A stretch of 64,000 nt of DNA from a virus. Shown in pieces: positions 54,738-64,000 of the stretch (its first letter is position 1; every line of letters begins with the position of its first letter). The notes under the pieces are model-generated. The model had not been told where the DNA came from. It was given only the letters and a program-made list of their open reading frames with translations, and did not search any database. The stretch is taken from UHGV virus genome UHGV-0200554, one strand, 5' to 3'. The position numbers and the translations under genes are program-made.

Positions 54738-55123
54738 ATACGAACCCCATCTGCTGGCCCAGAGTATCGCTCAGGTTCCGTTACCGGATCACTGGCTGCT
54801 GGAGCTTCCATTCGCATCTGAGCCTGATCTCCATCCATATAAAGCCAGAACTCTATCTCTTCACCAGAAGAAAGGATAGCATAACCGTGGAAGAAATCTT
54901 TGTTCTTAGTCAACTTTTCGTCAATTGTTGCTTCGACACAAACTTCTTCATAGCCACTTTTTTGTAGCGTGTACGTTGCAACCTGGCAAGCATAAGCCTC
55001 TTGATCTCTGTAATCTTCACCCAGTGAATGAATGATGAAACCCAAGCCTAATCCGCAAAACAGGATAATGCCTAAAGCAAGCATACACTTGGCGAAAGCA
55101 ACACTGAACAGAAAATTTTTCAT
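54734..55123 (-). CDS. membrane-anchored or secreted protein
   Basis: ORF track; N-terminal hydrophobic signal-like segment. Confidence 0.5.
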   Translation of the reverse strand: MKNFLFSVAFAKCMLALGIILFCGLGLGFIIHSLGEDYRDQEAYACQVATYTLQKSGYEEVCVEATIDEKLTKNKDFFHGYAILSSGEEIEFWLYMDGDQAQMRMEAPAASDPVTEPERYSGPADGVRI

Positions 55124-55253
55124 ACAATGAACCTCATAGCTTCAACAAACAGAAGACCTAATGCTGCACCGAACGCAAACCAGCACACCCCATCAATTAA
55201 CTCCTTAATGAACTTTTTCATGTTGCCCTCTCTTACACATCCTTGTGTAACAT

Positions 55254-55709
55254 TTATTCAAAAAGTAGCTCTACGTGGTGTAAAATAAGCATTAATTGCA
55301 TTAACACAATGACAAGAACTACCCAGTTGGCTTTATTATTAACAATTTTACGAATCTTTTCAGAACGTGATTCAGGTAGAGATCTCAGGATACGCTCTAC
55401 TGAACGATTCATATCACGGATAGCCATTTTAAAACTGTCCGATCCTTCATCTTGCTCCGTAACCACGTCGAAAGCACAGTCTTTAGCGTTACCTCCAGAA
55501 CCACGAGTCACAATGAGTCGATACATTGACACAGAATAATGTGTATTCGACTCAGCGTCATAGATGCTGAGAACTTCTTTGGTATGGTCAATTGCTGATG
55601 AAAGTTTAATCGCACCAGCTGTCGTCTCAATTTTACCAGCCTCAAGGAGCATTAACCAATGCTTTTTATCCAGATTCTCAAGACTAGATCTGACGTACTT
55701 CACAAACAT
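55254..55709 (-). CDS. hypothetical protein
   Basis: ORF track. Confidence 0.5.
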   Translation of the reverse strand: MFVKYVRSSLENLDKKHWLMLLEAGKIETTAGAIKLSSAIDHTKEVLSIYDAESNTHYSVSMYRLIVTRGSGGNAKDCAFDVVTEQDEGSDSFKMAIRDMNRSVERILRSLPESRSEKIRKIVNNKANWVVLVIVLMQLMLILHHVELLFE

Positions 55710-55922
55710 TTAATCCTCCTTGCCGAAAGTTAAAAAGAAGTTAAAATCATCAATCCAGTCCCAATTAGAGCGGATCATAGGCCACGATTTATCACCATGC
55801 TCAACATTGTGGGCGCGATAGTCCATCTCCCACACATCAATTAGCTGGTGCATATACTCTTTAGCCTGCTCAAGAGACATGTTGTCAGGATCAATTTTTG
55901 TAATGTCAATCATCTTCATCAT
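55710..55922 (-). CDS. hypothetical protein
   Basis: ORF track. Confidence 0.45.
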   Translation of the reverse strand: MMKMIDITKIDPDNMSLEQAKEYMHQLIDVWEMDYRAHNVEHGDKSWPMIRSNWDWIDDFNFFLTFGKED

Positions 55923-56153
55923 CCTCTTTTAGTTTGTGATAAAGGATAATTGCACCCGCTAAGATAACAAAAAACAGGCACACCCCAGTCAACATCTCAA
56001 CCAACATTGCTTGGCCCATGATCAACCTCTTCAATTAGCTCAACAACTTCATGTAGCAAGTTTTGCAACAAAATTTGATCAGCCAATGTTTTAGCATTGT
56101 TTCTGTGGTCTTTTATGATGTGGAGCACTTGCCACAACAATTGGGCATGAATA

Positions 56154-56372
56154 TCATCTTCCATCACCACCTCCTCTCAGCTTACGCATATTCTTAACCC
56201 AATCGATTACACCGATCAGCAAGCCCAGGAACAGGAAAGGCCACAATCCTGCCAACCCAAGGATATTATGAACATCATCACCATCAATCCGACGTTTAGT
56301 CTTCATACACAGGATTGCCAGAACAATCATCAACAATCCTGCTACACCGAAATATAGTTCAACAATGCCCAT
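56154..56372 (-). CDS. small membrane protein
   Basis: ORF track; two hydrophobic helices. Confidence 0.5.
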   Translation of the reverse strand: MGIVELYFGVAGLLMIVLAILCMKTKRRIDGDDVHNILGLAGLWPFLFLGLLIGVIDWVKNMRKLRGGGDGR

Positions 56373-56383
56373 TGTGTCAACTC

Positions 56384-56899
56384 CTATTTAAATTCTGCCA
56401 TACTGCGGATCATCCGATCACGAGCTTTTCTGTGATGAGTACGCATACATTCTTCAAACACTCCAGAGATAAATCTTGAAATGTAATCTCTTTCAGCTTT
56501 AGTTAGGAGTTCTTCCTCTTCTATTTCGACAGTTTTGTAAGCATATAGACCACATTCGTTGTAGCCTTCATAATAATTCACAGCAATTTTAACAGGAAGA
56601 TCATGACCTTCAAGGGTGAACGGTGTTAACCGACGCTCTGGGTGGCCTGTTTCCTCACCTTCAACAAAATAAAGCGTATTATCATCGAACGCTTTGTCCA
56701 TGCAAGCCACAAAAGCAGCTACTGCCTCAGAAACACCAGCGATAAAGTAAGCATATTTAGCTTTAGCCATCATGATTTGATGACGTTTTACATCTGCTTC
56801 AGTGTGCTTTCCTGAAGCATAGTAATAATATGTGTGGATCTTATCCGGCGATACGTAAAAGTCTTCCCAAGTGTACAGTAGCTTGCTCATAGTGGTCAC
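56384..56899 (-). CDS. hypothetical protein
   Basis: ORF track. Confidence 0.5.
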   Translation of the reverse strand: MTTMSKLLYTWEDFYVSPDKIHTYYYYASGKHTEADVKRHQIMMAKAKYAYFIAGVSEAVAAFVACMDKAFDDNTLYFVEGEETGHPERRLTPFTLEGHDLPVKIAVNYYEGYNECGLYAYKTVEIEEEELLTKAERDYISRFISGVFEECMRTHHRKARDRMIRSMAEFK

Positions 56900-57129
56900 T
56901 CCTCAACTATTTCGAACCCTAAACCGCCATGCTCTGGGAGCGGCAGAAGGGACATGTAGTAGGTATATCCGGGGGATATTCTTCCCTCTTTTGCACCTGC
57001 CTCTAATAAATCAACACCACGAATTATAACAATTGTCGGATCGGTTGTCAAGCGTTTACAGGGAACAATTTTGCCAACACAATCACAGAGGGATGGGTAA
57101 CCGTGGTCGGTAAGGAATTTGACTTTCAT
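56896..57129 (-). CDS. small protein, possible distant member of acidic paralog family
   Basis: Starts MKVKF and ends FEIVEE like 50538/51279 products. Confidence 0.45.
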   Translation of the reverse strand: MKVKFLTDHGYPSLCDCVGKIVPCKRLTTDPTIVIIRGVDLLEAGAKEGRISPGYTYYMSLLPLPEHGGLGFEIVEE

Positions 57130-57170
57130 TTAAACCTCCTGAAAGGCCATCCCTGGCAGGCTAAAGAAAC

Positions 57171-57581
57171 TTACTGAACTGTTTTTGGAGCTACCATTGA
57201 CAATTCTTCAATAGCGAAGAGTTCGTTACCCACAATGATATCTTCTTTTTCGCAGTTTTCAGGGTCTTCCGCGTAAATCAGAGCTACTTCATCAAATTTA
57301 CAACCGATGCGATTGCCCTTATTGTCTTCCATCTGCATACGAGGATGTTCAGTCATGCAGATGTATCCGTCTGTACCGACAGTACCTTCCATAGGTTCCT
57401 GACCTGCTACTAGGATCAGGATTGTTGCACCTTTAGGTACAAAACCCATCACCTGAACAGTGTCACCAACAATACTTTCACCGAAATGAGTTTTCTCAAA
57501 CATTGTGTCTTTCACCACTGTGGCGAATTCACCGTTCACTTCTTTCTTGCCGCTCTCACCTGTTACGATTTCGATTTTCAT
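57171..57581 (-). CDS. hypothetical protein
   Basis: ORF track; starts MKIEIV. Confidence 0.5.
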   Translation of the reverse strand: MKIEIVTGESGKKEVNGEFATVVKDTMFEKTHFGESIVGDTVQVMGFVPKGATILILVAGQEPMEGTVGTDGYICMTEHPRMQMEDNKGNRIGCKFDEVALIYAEDPENCEKEDIIVGNELFAIEELSMVAPKTVQ

Positions 57582-57593
57582 CGTGGACTCCTG

Positions 57594-57854
57594 TTATTTC
57601 CAAGTGTTCATGTATTTTATTAAATCTAACATATCCCTGCCATGATCCAGATCATAAATTTCATCAGCCGGAATCATGCCAGTCAGTCTTTTGAAGTGCT
57701 CATCCTTACGCAGCATCTCACGGCACCACCAACCGCTACCTTCAGGTTTTTCACCTTGTGTGATGAATAGCTCTGTATAGTGTTTGTTTTTGCGGAACCA
57801 GATGTTGAATTTAACGTAAGCCATAAGCACCTCCGATGTTTTGAATAGTAACAC
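57594..57854 (-). CDS. hypothetical protein
   Basis: ORF track. Confidence 0.45.
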   Translation of the reverse strand: MLLFKTSEVLMAYVKFNIWFRKNKHYTELFITQGEKPEGSGWWCREMLRKDEHFKRLTGMIPADEIYDLDHGRDMLDLIKYMNTWK

Positions 57855-57861
57855 ACATCTA

Positions 57862-58158
57862 TTACCATGTCAACATCAAAAACACAAATACAGCATCTTT
57901 TTCTGGATTCATCCCGATCACATCCACAGATATACCACCAGATCTTAGGTCAGCTATCATGTGAGGAATGTAATCTGACAGATGCTCAGGTATTTTCAGC
58001 GTGAATGAGCAGCCAAAGAAGCCTGCAACTGCCTTTTCTTTGGCTGTAGCCACAACTGCATCATAAAGCTCGTTCATCTCTTTAGGAAGCGTTACAGGAG
58101 CTTTCATGGCCAGGTTGTGTAGCGTATCTCTTGCGTTCATTATTCTGGTCCTATCCAC
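57862..58158 (-). CDS. hypothetical protein
   Basis: ORF track. Confidence 0.45.
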   Translation of the reverse strand: MDRTRIMNARDTLHNLAMKAPVTLPKEMNELYDAVVATAKEKAVAGFFGCSFTLKIPEHLSDYIPHMIADLRSGGISVDVIGMNPEKDAVFVFLMLTW

Positions 58159-58658
58159 ATGAATGGTGGAAGTTTCAGCAGGTCCTGTTTATCCCACACA
58201 AAGAAGGCATACGCCTGACCATCAGTTCTGCCGTTCTCCTGGAAGGATGGACGCTTGGCAATGGTGATTATCGTTGTGGGTTGGTGGGTTTGCCACCACT
58301 CATAACGTGTCTTTGACTCAAGAAAATTCAGACGAAGTAGCATGATCACCACATCAGCATCACTCAGACCTTTCTCAATAAACTCTTGAGCTTTAGAGAA
58401 GGGCGGGTTGGTCACAATGCAGTTAACATGTGGGTAATCTGTTTTCAGATAGTCCACACCTTCCTGAATTTCACCCCAGGCTGAACCTAACGGCATATTG
58501 CTGTAGAACGGCCCTGTTGCACTGTTTCTGCACGGCTCCATGAACGTGAAGTGGTCAGGGAAGTCAATCAGTTCGAATAGTGCATCCGCTAAATATTGTG
58601 GGGTGACATATTCATCATAGGGTTTACGTTCACTATCTGGCTTGCGAGCACAGGTCAT
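58140..58658 (-). CDS. small DNA N6-adenine methyltransferase-like protein (phage Dam-like)
   Basis: Catalytic motif IVTNPPF (N/D-PP-F/Y) and FTP-like N-terminal motif; 172 aa. Confidence 0.55.
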   Translation of the reverse strand: MTCARKPDSERKPYDEYVTPQYLADALFELIDFPDHFTFMEPCRNSATGPFYSNMPLGSAWGEIQEGVDYLKTDYPHVNCIVTNPPFSKAQEFIEKGLSDADVVIMLLRLNFLESKTRYEWWQTHQPTTIITIAKRPSFQENGRTDGQAYAFFVWDKQDLLKLPPFMWIGPE

Positions 58659-58712
58659 AAATAAATCTCCAGATCAAAAAAGCCCTCCGAAGAGGGCTTA
58701 GCGTTATGTTAA

Positions 58713-59768
58713 TCAGCCCAGCAATTTATCATGAAGATCTTTGCCAGCTTTGATGATTTTTTTAACCAGACGACCACGGTTGTTGTCTTTAACTTCAATT
58801 TCTTCACCAGTTAAAGCACCGTGTAACTGAACCAGAATCTCACGGAGTTCTGCAACAGTGAAGTCTTTCAGCTCTTCTTCACTTAACGTTGCAACGTTCA
58901 GTTTAAAGTTACGACCATCGTCCATCAGCAGATTCAGATAAACATCTTTCGGTTTATCTTCTTCCTTGTCTTTAGCTTTCGCTTCATGGATAGCTTTTAC
59001 CAGTTCTTCCATAGAATTGCATTGACGAACTTCCGGTAAACCTTCTTCACCTAACAAGCCACGGTCTTTGTTGAAAGGCAGAGCCTGCTGACCAGCCTGA
59101 ATACGTGCAATATTCTCTTCGTCAAGGATGATTGCACCAGTGCGTTCAGCCATGTCTTCTTCGTTCAACCAGACCTGACCACCACCTTTAATTTTCGCAA
59201 TCTCTTCTTCAGTCAGAACACCAGTGTACATTTTATCAATCAAGCGATCAAAATGACGTTTGAAGAAAGTTACCTGATCGTGCATGTTAGCACCGTCACC
59301 ATAAGTCCCGCCCTGGTAGTTATGGAACATGAATTCACAGTTCGGAGACAAAGTACGTTCTTTTGCACCTAACCACAGAATAGTACCAGCAGAGCAGACC
59401 ATACCTTCAGCGTGAGTAACTACATGGCCCTGAGATTCACGCATTGCTTGGAGATAAGCCATAGCAATGTTAACGCAACCCCCTGGGCTATTGATGATAA
59501 TTCTAATAGAATCATCAGGTTGCAGCATACGAATCAGTTGTAAACGAGATAGATGGTCCTGAAGGTCTTCTAAGTCATCAATATAGATGACATGATCCAT
59601 AACCGGAGCAGGATAGCTGTATGTTTCCATGATGCCACCAGGCATACCGAACATTTTGTTCTGCATCGGTTCTACTGCTTTCTCGTTGCGTTCAGGCTGA
59701 CGACGATTGTTATAAAATTTGTTCATGATAGCGATCCTTATGTGAGGGTAGACTTGTTGTAGCGTCAC
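58713..59768 (-). CDS. ClpP-family serine protease-like protein with C-terminal extension
   Basis: IINSPGGCVN...MVCSAGT...FMFHNYQGGTYG pattern matches the ClpP fold; extra charged C-terminal region. Confidence 0.6.
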   Translation of the reverse strand: MTLQQVYPHIRIAIMNKFYNNRRQPERNEKAVEPMQNKMFGMPGGIMETYSYPAPVMDHVIYIDDLEDLQDHLSRLQLIRMLQPDDSIRIIINSPGGCVNIAMAYLQAMRESQGHVVTHAEGMVCSAGTILWLGAKERTLSPNCEFMFHNYQGGTYGDGANMHDQVTFFKRHFDRLIDKMYTGVLTEEEIAKIKGGGQVWLNEEDMAERTGAIILDEENIARIQAGQQALPFNKDRGLLGEEGLPEVRQCNSMEELVKAIHEAKAKDKEEDKPKDVYLNLLMDDGRNFKLNVATLSEEELKDFTVAELREILVQLHGALTGEEIEVKDNNRGRLVKKIIKAGKDLHDKLLG

Positions 59769-59780
59769 TGCATCACCACC

Positions 59781-60098
59781 TTATCTTGCTACAACGTATT
59801 TGTAAGTGTTGTCGTTCTCTGGAATTCCTGCAATGTCAACAATGTACCAGATTACACCGTCTATGTCAACCTTTTCTCCAACAAATTTTACTTCACTTGT
59901 GAAATACTCCATAGACTCTGTGAACATCTTGTAAGACGAATTTGTCAAGATTGCCACACTTTCTACAGAACCGTCAGGATTCTTAATCCATGCATTACGT
60001 GTTCCCTTATTGGCTACGATATAACCTTCACCTTTAGGGACAAGGCAATACACTTTGTTTAGTCTTTCTTGCAATGATAGGAATCTCTTTTCTGCCAT
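59781..60098 (-). CDS. hypothetical protein
   Basis: ORF track. Confidence 0.5.
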   Translation of the reverse strand: MAEKRFLSLQERLNKVYCLVPKGEGYIVANKGTRNAWIKNPDGSVESVAILTNSSYKMFTESMEYFTSEVKFVGEKVDIDGVIWYIVDIAGIPENDNTYKYVVAR

Positions 60099-60192
60099 AC
60101 TTCGTTCTCCTCTTTATGGGACTAACTATAACAGAAACGATGAGGGTTGTCAACAGTTTTCTTTCAATAAATTTTAAAATACTACCCACAAA

Positions 60193-60208
60193 GGGGGCCG
60201 AAGCCCCC
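60193..60208 (-). terminator. GC hairpin GGGGGC-CGAA-GCCCCC between tandem minus-strand genes
   Basis: Perfect inverted repeat; same architecture as hairpin at 2105. Confidence 0.4.
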
Positions 60209-60221
60209 GTGTTGTGAGTGA

Positions 60222-61010
60222 TTATTCAGATACCGGAGTCCAGATTTTATTTTTACGGTCTTCAATAAGGTTAAGAGCAATCTGGCGACCAATACCAGAA
60301 CGGACTACATCATCTGGACTATCGAAGTCTACCATACCAACTTCTTCGTCCGGGTGACGAGTGAAGAAGTCAGTAACCCATGCAAGGCCAGAACGACCTG
60401 CAATATCGCGTTGCGAGTTATCACCCATGATTACCAGCGTTGCCTGGTCTGAAACACGAGTGATGATCGACAACATTTCTTCCGGTGAAGTTTGCTGTGC
60501 TTCGTCAATCAGTACAAAGCAGCGTTCGTCGAAAGAACGACCACGAATTGATTCAACTTCGCAAATCTCAATGCGGCTGTTCTGACCATCACCAAGCATA
60601 GCTGCAAATGCACCACCACCAACCTGACGGCGAATAGTGTCCATCATGCTACGCAAATAAGGCCAAAGTTTCTGCATCGCATTACCAGGTTTAAACCCTG
60701 AAGTTTTACCAGTCTGAACATATGGACGTGCAACAATGATTTTATCAATCTCATTTTTGCGTAACTGTTGACCAGCAAAAGCTGAAGCCATGAACGTTTT
60801 ACCGCTACCGAACACACCGTTTACGATAACAATCTTCTTAGTTTGTAAGAAGTGCAGATATAACCCTTGTTTTTTGTTGAGAGGACGGATAGCAGGAGCA
60901 TTATACTCACGTTCTTCAGCAAATTTTTCCGCTGCGTGTCTCATACGCTCGTTTTTACGAGCTTCTTTAGCATCTTCACGCATACGACGAGTTTCGCGAC
61001 TTCTACCCAT
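60222..61010 (-). CDS. phoH: PhoH-like ATPase
   Basis: Walker A GVFGSGKTF and overall PhoH-like pattern; 262 aa. Confidence 0.7.
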   Translation of the reverse strand: MGRSRETRRMREDAKEARKNERMRHAAEKFAEEREYNAPAIRPLNKKQGLYLHFLQTKKIVIVNGVFGSGKTFMASAFAGQQLRKNEIDKIIVARPYVQTGKTSGFKPGNAMQKLWPYLRSMMDTIRRQVGGGAFAAMLGDGQNSRIEICEVESIRGRSFDERCFVLIDEAQQTSPEEMLSIITRVSDQATLVIMGDNSQRDIAGRSGLAWVTDFFTRHPDEEVGMVDFDSPDDVVRSGIGRQIALNLIEDRKNKIWTPVSE

Positions 61011-61104
61011 TTTGGGACTCCTTAGTTGAGGATAATTGGGGAATATTGTTTCAGACCGCTACACTTCAGCACCGCACGGCCTAATCAACGGCTGTTTTCT
61101 TGAA

Positions 61105-61464
61105 TCATCCCAGGAGTTCAGTTAAAGATTGATCAAGTCCGGCTGCTACGCCTTGTACACGAATGTTGAGTTTCTCTGTGTGGATCAGTTCCTCCAGCTC
61201 TTTCACGGAGAACTCTTTCGCCATTGCATCCACCATAATCTCCCGCACTTTGGCCTGAGTTTTAGCTAACAATGCTTTTTCAAGTTGTTTAGCTTTTGCT
61301 TCCAGGTCTTTCATTAGGCGAGGATCGGTAGATTTCTGTAGTAACAGGCGAATACCTTCCAATTCAAATTGAATACTTTCAGCATGGCCTGCCATCATAC
61401 GTGGAAATACTAAATCCACAAATTCTTGAGCCAAAGCTCTGCGTTTGTCTACATTAATCGGCAT
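61105..61464 (-). CDS. hypothetical protein
   Basis: ORF track. Confidence 0.5.
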   Translation of the reverse strand: MPINVDKRRALAQEFVDLVFPRMMAGHAESIQFELEGIRLLLQKSTDPRLMKDLEAKAKQLEKALLAKTQAKVREIMVDAMAKEFSVKELEELIHTEKLNIRVQGVAAGLDQSLTELLG

Positions 61465-61684
61465 TATTCTTCTTCCTCTTCTTTTGCTTTACGTTTTGCC
61501 CTTTCCATTTCTTCATGTTTACGCCGACGTTTAAGCTCCAGTGCCATTTCTTTCTTCAGAGCTTTTTTCAGCATTTTCTTAGCCATCTCAAGGCCCCTCC
61601 TCTGTTTTGTTGAGCTAAGTATAACAAAGTTTACTGAGCTTTGTCAACCAATCTTTTAAGTATCATGTATTGTTTGCTTGCTTT

Positions 61685-62170
61685 TCAATCAACCTTGTGC
61701 CAGATACCATCTTTCTTAACATAAAAGCACTGATTATCAGAGCCACGGAAAGGTTTCTTTGTTGGCAGGTCTTTCTCATATCTGCCATCGATAAGCATGT
61801 CAGCAAGGCATTCTACCTGGGCACGTACCCAAATCGGTAGTTCTTCCAATACGTAGCCAGTATACACTAAAATGGTCTTCTTGTCACCAAATTTTTTGCG
61901 GATTTCTCGCATTACTGAAAGAATGCCTTCCACGTTATAAGGTGCAAGAGGTTCACCACCGAGGAAACTGATTCCGTCGATGTAGTTATTATCCAGATCT
62001 TGAAGTATTTTGTCAAGATGTTTTTCTGAAAATGGTGTACCTTTATCTGGGTCGAAATAGGAAGCGTTAAAACACCCCTTGCAGTGATGTATGCAACCAG
62101 ACACCCACACAGCAACCCTGATACCTGGCCCCTCTGTATAAGAGGCCGAATCATAACCAACTATGTTCAT
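61685..62170 (-). CDS. nrdG: anaerobic ribonucleotide reductase activating protein (radical SAM)
   Basis: GPGIRVAVWVSGCIHHCKGCFN cysteine motif; start trimmed to ATG 62170 with GGAGGGAGG RBS. Confidence 0.75.
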   Translation of the reverse strand: MNIVGYDSASYTEGPGIRVAVWVSGCIHHCKGCFNASYFDPDKGTPFSEKHLDKILQDLDNNYIDGISFLGGEPLAPYNVEGILSVMREIRKKFGDKKTILVYTGYVLEELPIWVRAQVECLADMLIDGRYEKDLPTKKPFRGSDNQCFYVKKDGIWHKVD

Positions 62171-62228
62171 CTTCCTCCCTCCAAAAAGATGCACATCCTT
62201 GTGCATCATTAGTAAATTACTCATCATC

Positions 62229-64000
62229 TCACAACATGCAGTGATCACCGCCTACATGTTTAACCCTCTCTATAACTTCCTGCTGTTTACCAACGTTGAA
62301 CGGACGAGCGTTTGGTGCACTCAAGTAACCAGATACACGCCGGATTACAGAGAGTGTTGCAGGATCATGGTTACCACATTCTGGGCATTCGAAACCTTTT
62401 GCTGTTGCCTTAGCTTCGCCTTTAAAGCCACATTTCATACAAAAATCAACAGGTTGGTTTACCCCGTAGTACATAATATGCTTGTAACCAAAATCAATAA
62501 GGGCTTCTAAAGCACCGAGGTTATTTCTCAGGTTTGGTGTCTCAATGTAACCAATGTTACCTCCGTTGGAGATCGTGGCAAAACCTTCCTCGTATAACCA
62601 TTTGTCAAAAGGTGTTGTATATAACCACACAGGTTGGTGGAAGCTGTTAGTCAGGTATTCACGTTCATGTTCCAGCACCCCAGGATACGCTCTGTCTAAG
62701 CAAGTAGCTGATTTATAGCATAAACTTTCGCTCGGCGTGCCGTACAAGCTAAAACCTAATCTGCTGCGTTCTTTGAACTCAACGCATTTATCCTTCATGT
62801 GCTGGAGGATACCCAGAGCAAGGTTTTTGTCGCCTTCCCTACCGAGGATTTGGCATGTTTCATAAACACCAATGTAGCCGATACTAATCGAAGCATAGCC
62901 ATCAAAAAACAAACTGTCTATGGTTTCTTCGGGGTCAAGACGGGCAAGAACACCCTCACACCACATGATCGGGTTCTGCCCCGCTTTTGTCCCTTTCAGG
63001 CGGTTGACACGAACCATGTGGGCATCGTATGCCAGTTCAAGATATTCATCAAGAACAGCGTAGAAGTCCGTACCCTCTGTCTTAGCTTTCGCTGCAATCA
63101 TAGGCAGGTTAAGGCTAACAACACCTAGATTGAAGCGCCCCAGATATTTCTCTTCACCTGTTTGTTGGTCGATATATTTAGAGAGGTAGCTTCTACATCC
63201 CATGCTTGTAACATCACCAGCAGTAGAACCTGTAACTTTTCTGTTCAAAGGCACAGAAACAAAGTCTGGGTAAATTCGTTCTGCTGAGCATTCCAAAGCC
63301 AGGCGTTTCAGGTCATAATTTGGGTCACCTGGGTTAAGGTTCACACCTTCTTCAAGGAAGAACAAAACTTTAGGGAATACCGGGGTTATATGATCCTCCC
63401 CAATACCACCTTTGTGAACCATAAGATAGTTTTTAGTAATCATCCTCCCAAATTTAGAAGTATCTAGACCTAAACTGATAGTCAAAAACGGAGTTTGGCC
63501 GTTGGTGCTGGTTAATGTGTTGATTTGATAGAGAAAACATTGCATACTATCGTACACATCTTTCTCTGTCATTTCATCGGCGACGCTTTCCGGCAAACCG
63601 TGTTTTTTACAGAAAGATAAGTTTTTATTATGTGTTTTTTCTACATAAGGTACAAGATAGCGGTCTATGTGGCTGTACGTCTGCCCACCATATTGCCCAC
63701 CAGAAACAGCAGCTGAAATTTGTGAAAGAACTGTTGCAGCTACATTAATAGAATTGGGTGTTCCTATAGTTGCGTTACCTATTGTAAATCCATGCTCCAG
63801 CATGTCTGGGTAATTTACAAGACAACAGTTTGTTAATGAACTGATAATATAGTCAAGATCGTGCACATGTATAAAACCATCGGTATGTGCCTTCGAAATA
63901 TGTTCCGGTAGGATCTGTGTCACAGCTAAGTGCTTGCTTAGAATCCCAGCCAGTAAATCACGATGAGTGTGCACATGCTTGGTGGGTTTGTTAGCATTCT
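62229..64000 (-). CDS. nrdD: anaerobic ribonucleoside-triphosphate reductase, 5' end beyond window
   Basis: C-terminal CPECGNHD zinc site and glycyl-radical motif RRVSGYL; frame stays open upstream of track start to window edge. Confidence 0.8.
   Translation of the reverse strand, partial: NANKPTKHVHTHRDLLAGILSKHLAVTQILPEHISKAHTDGFIHVHDLDYIISSLTNCCLVNYPDMLEHGFTIGNATIGTPNSINVAATVLSQISAAVSGGQYGGQTYSHIDRYLVPYVEKTHNKNLSFCKKHGLPESVADEMTEKDVYDSMQCFLYQINTLTSTNGQTPFLTISLGLDTSKFGRMITKNYLMVHKGGIGEDHITPVFPKVLFFLEEGVNLNPGDPNYDLKRLALECSAERIYPDFVSVPLNRKVTGSTAGDVTSMGCRSYLSKYIDQQTGEEKYLGRFNLGVVSLNLPMIAAKAKTEGTDFYAVLDEYLELAYDAHMVRVNRLKGTKAGQNPIMWCEGVLARLDPEETIDSLFFDGYASISIGYIGVYETCQILGREGDKNLALGILQHMKDKCVEFKERSRLGFSLYGTPSESLCYKSATCLDRAYPGVLEHEREYLTNSFHQPVWLYTTPFDKWLYEEGFATISNGGNIGYIETPNLRNNLGALEALIDFGYKHIMYYGVNQPVDFCMKCGFKGEAKATAKGFECPECGNHDPATLSVIRRVSGYLSAPNARPFNVGKQQEVIERVKHVGGDHCML

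Overview
The window looks like part of a large virulent enterobacterial phage genome (T5-like traits, family assignment uncertain); no rRNA, CRISPR or transposase was found. It has three blocks. (1) 1-31738: a short minus-strand set (partial gene, vWA/HExxH protein, Cys-rich protein) followed by a long plus-strand replication module: MoxR-like AAA+ ATPase, GHKL-type ATPase, Dda/RecD-like helicase, C5-methyltransferase-like protein, HNH-AP2 homing endonuclease, T7-gp4-like primase-helicase interrupted by an intein, family-A DNA polymerase, SSB-like protein, HAD-type nucleotidase, macro-domain protein and many small ORFs. (2) 31740-46430: an unusual central region with a repeat/iteron leader, then about 30 small plus-strand genes each with its own sigma70-like promoter and hairpin, with visibly different (host-like) codon usage, then an AT-rich repeat-dense non-coding region carrying three tandem DnaA boxes. 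(3) 46482-64000: an AP2-domain protein, then a dense minus-strand array of about 37 genes including paralogous small acidic proteins, a small N6-adenine methyltransferase-like protein, ClpP-like protease, PhoH, NrdG and NrdD (5' end beyond the window). The best candidate for an undescribed system is the central small-gene island and its flanking repeat regions, possibly a host-takeover or anti-defence module. All calls rest on motif reading of the ORF track and by-eye promoter and hairpin inspection; no searches or folding were run.
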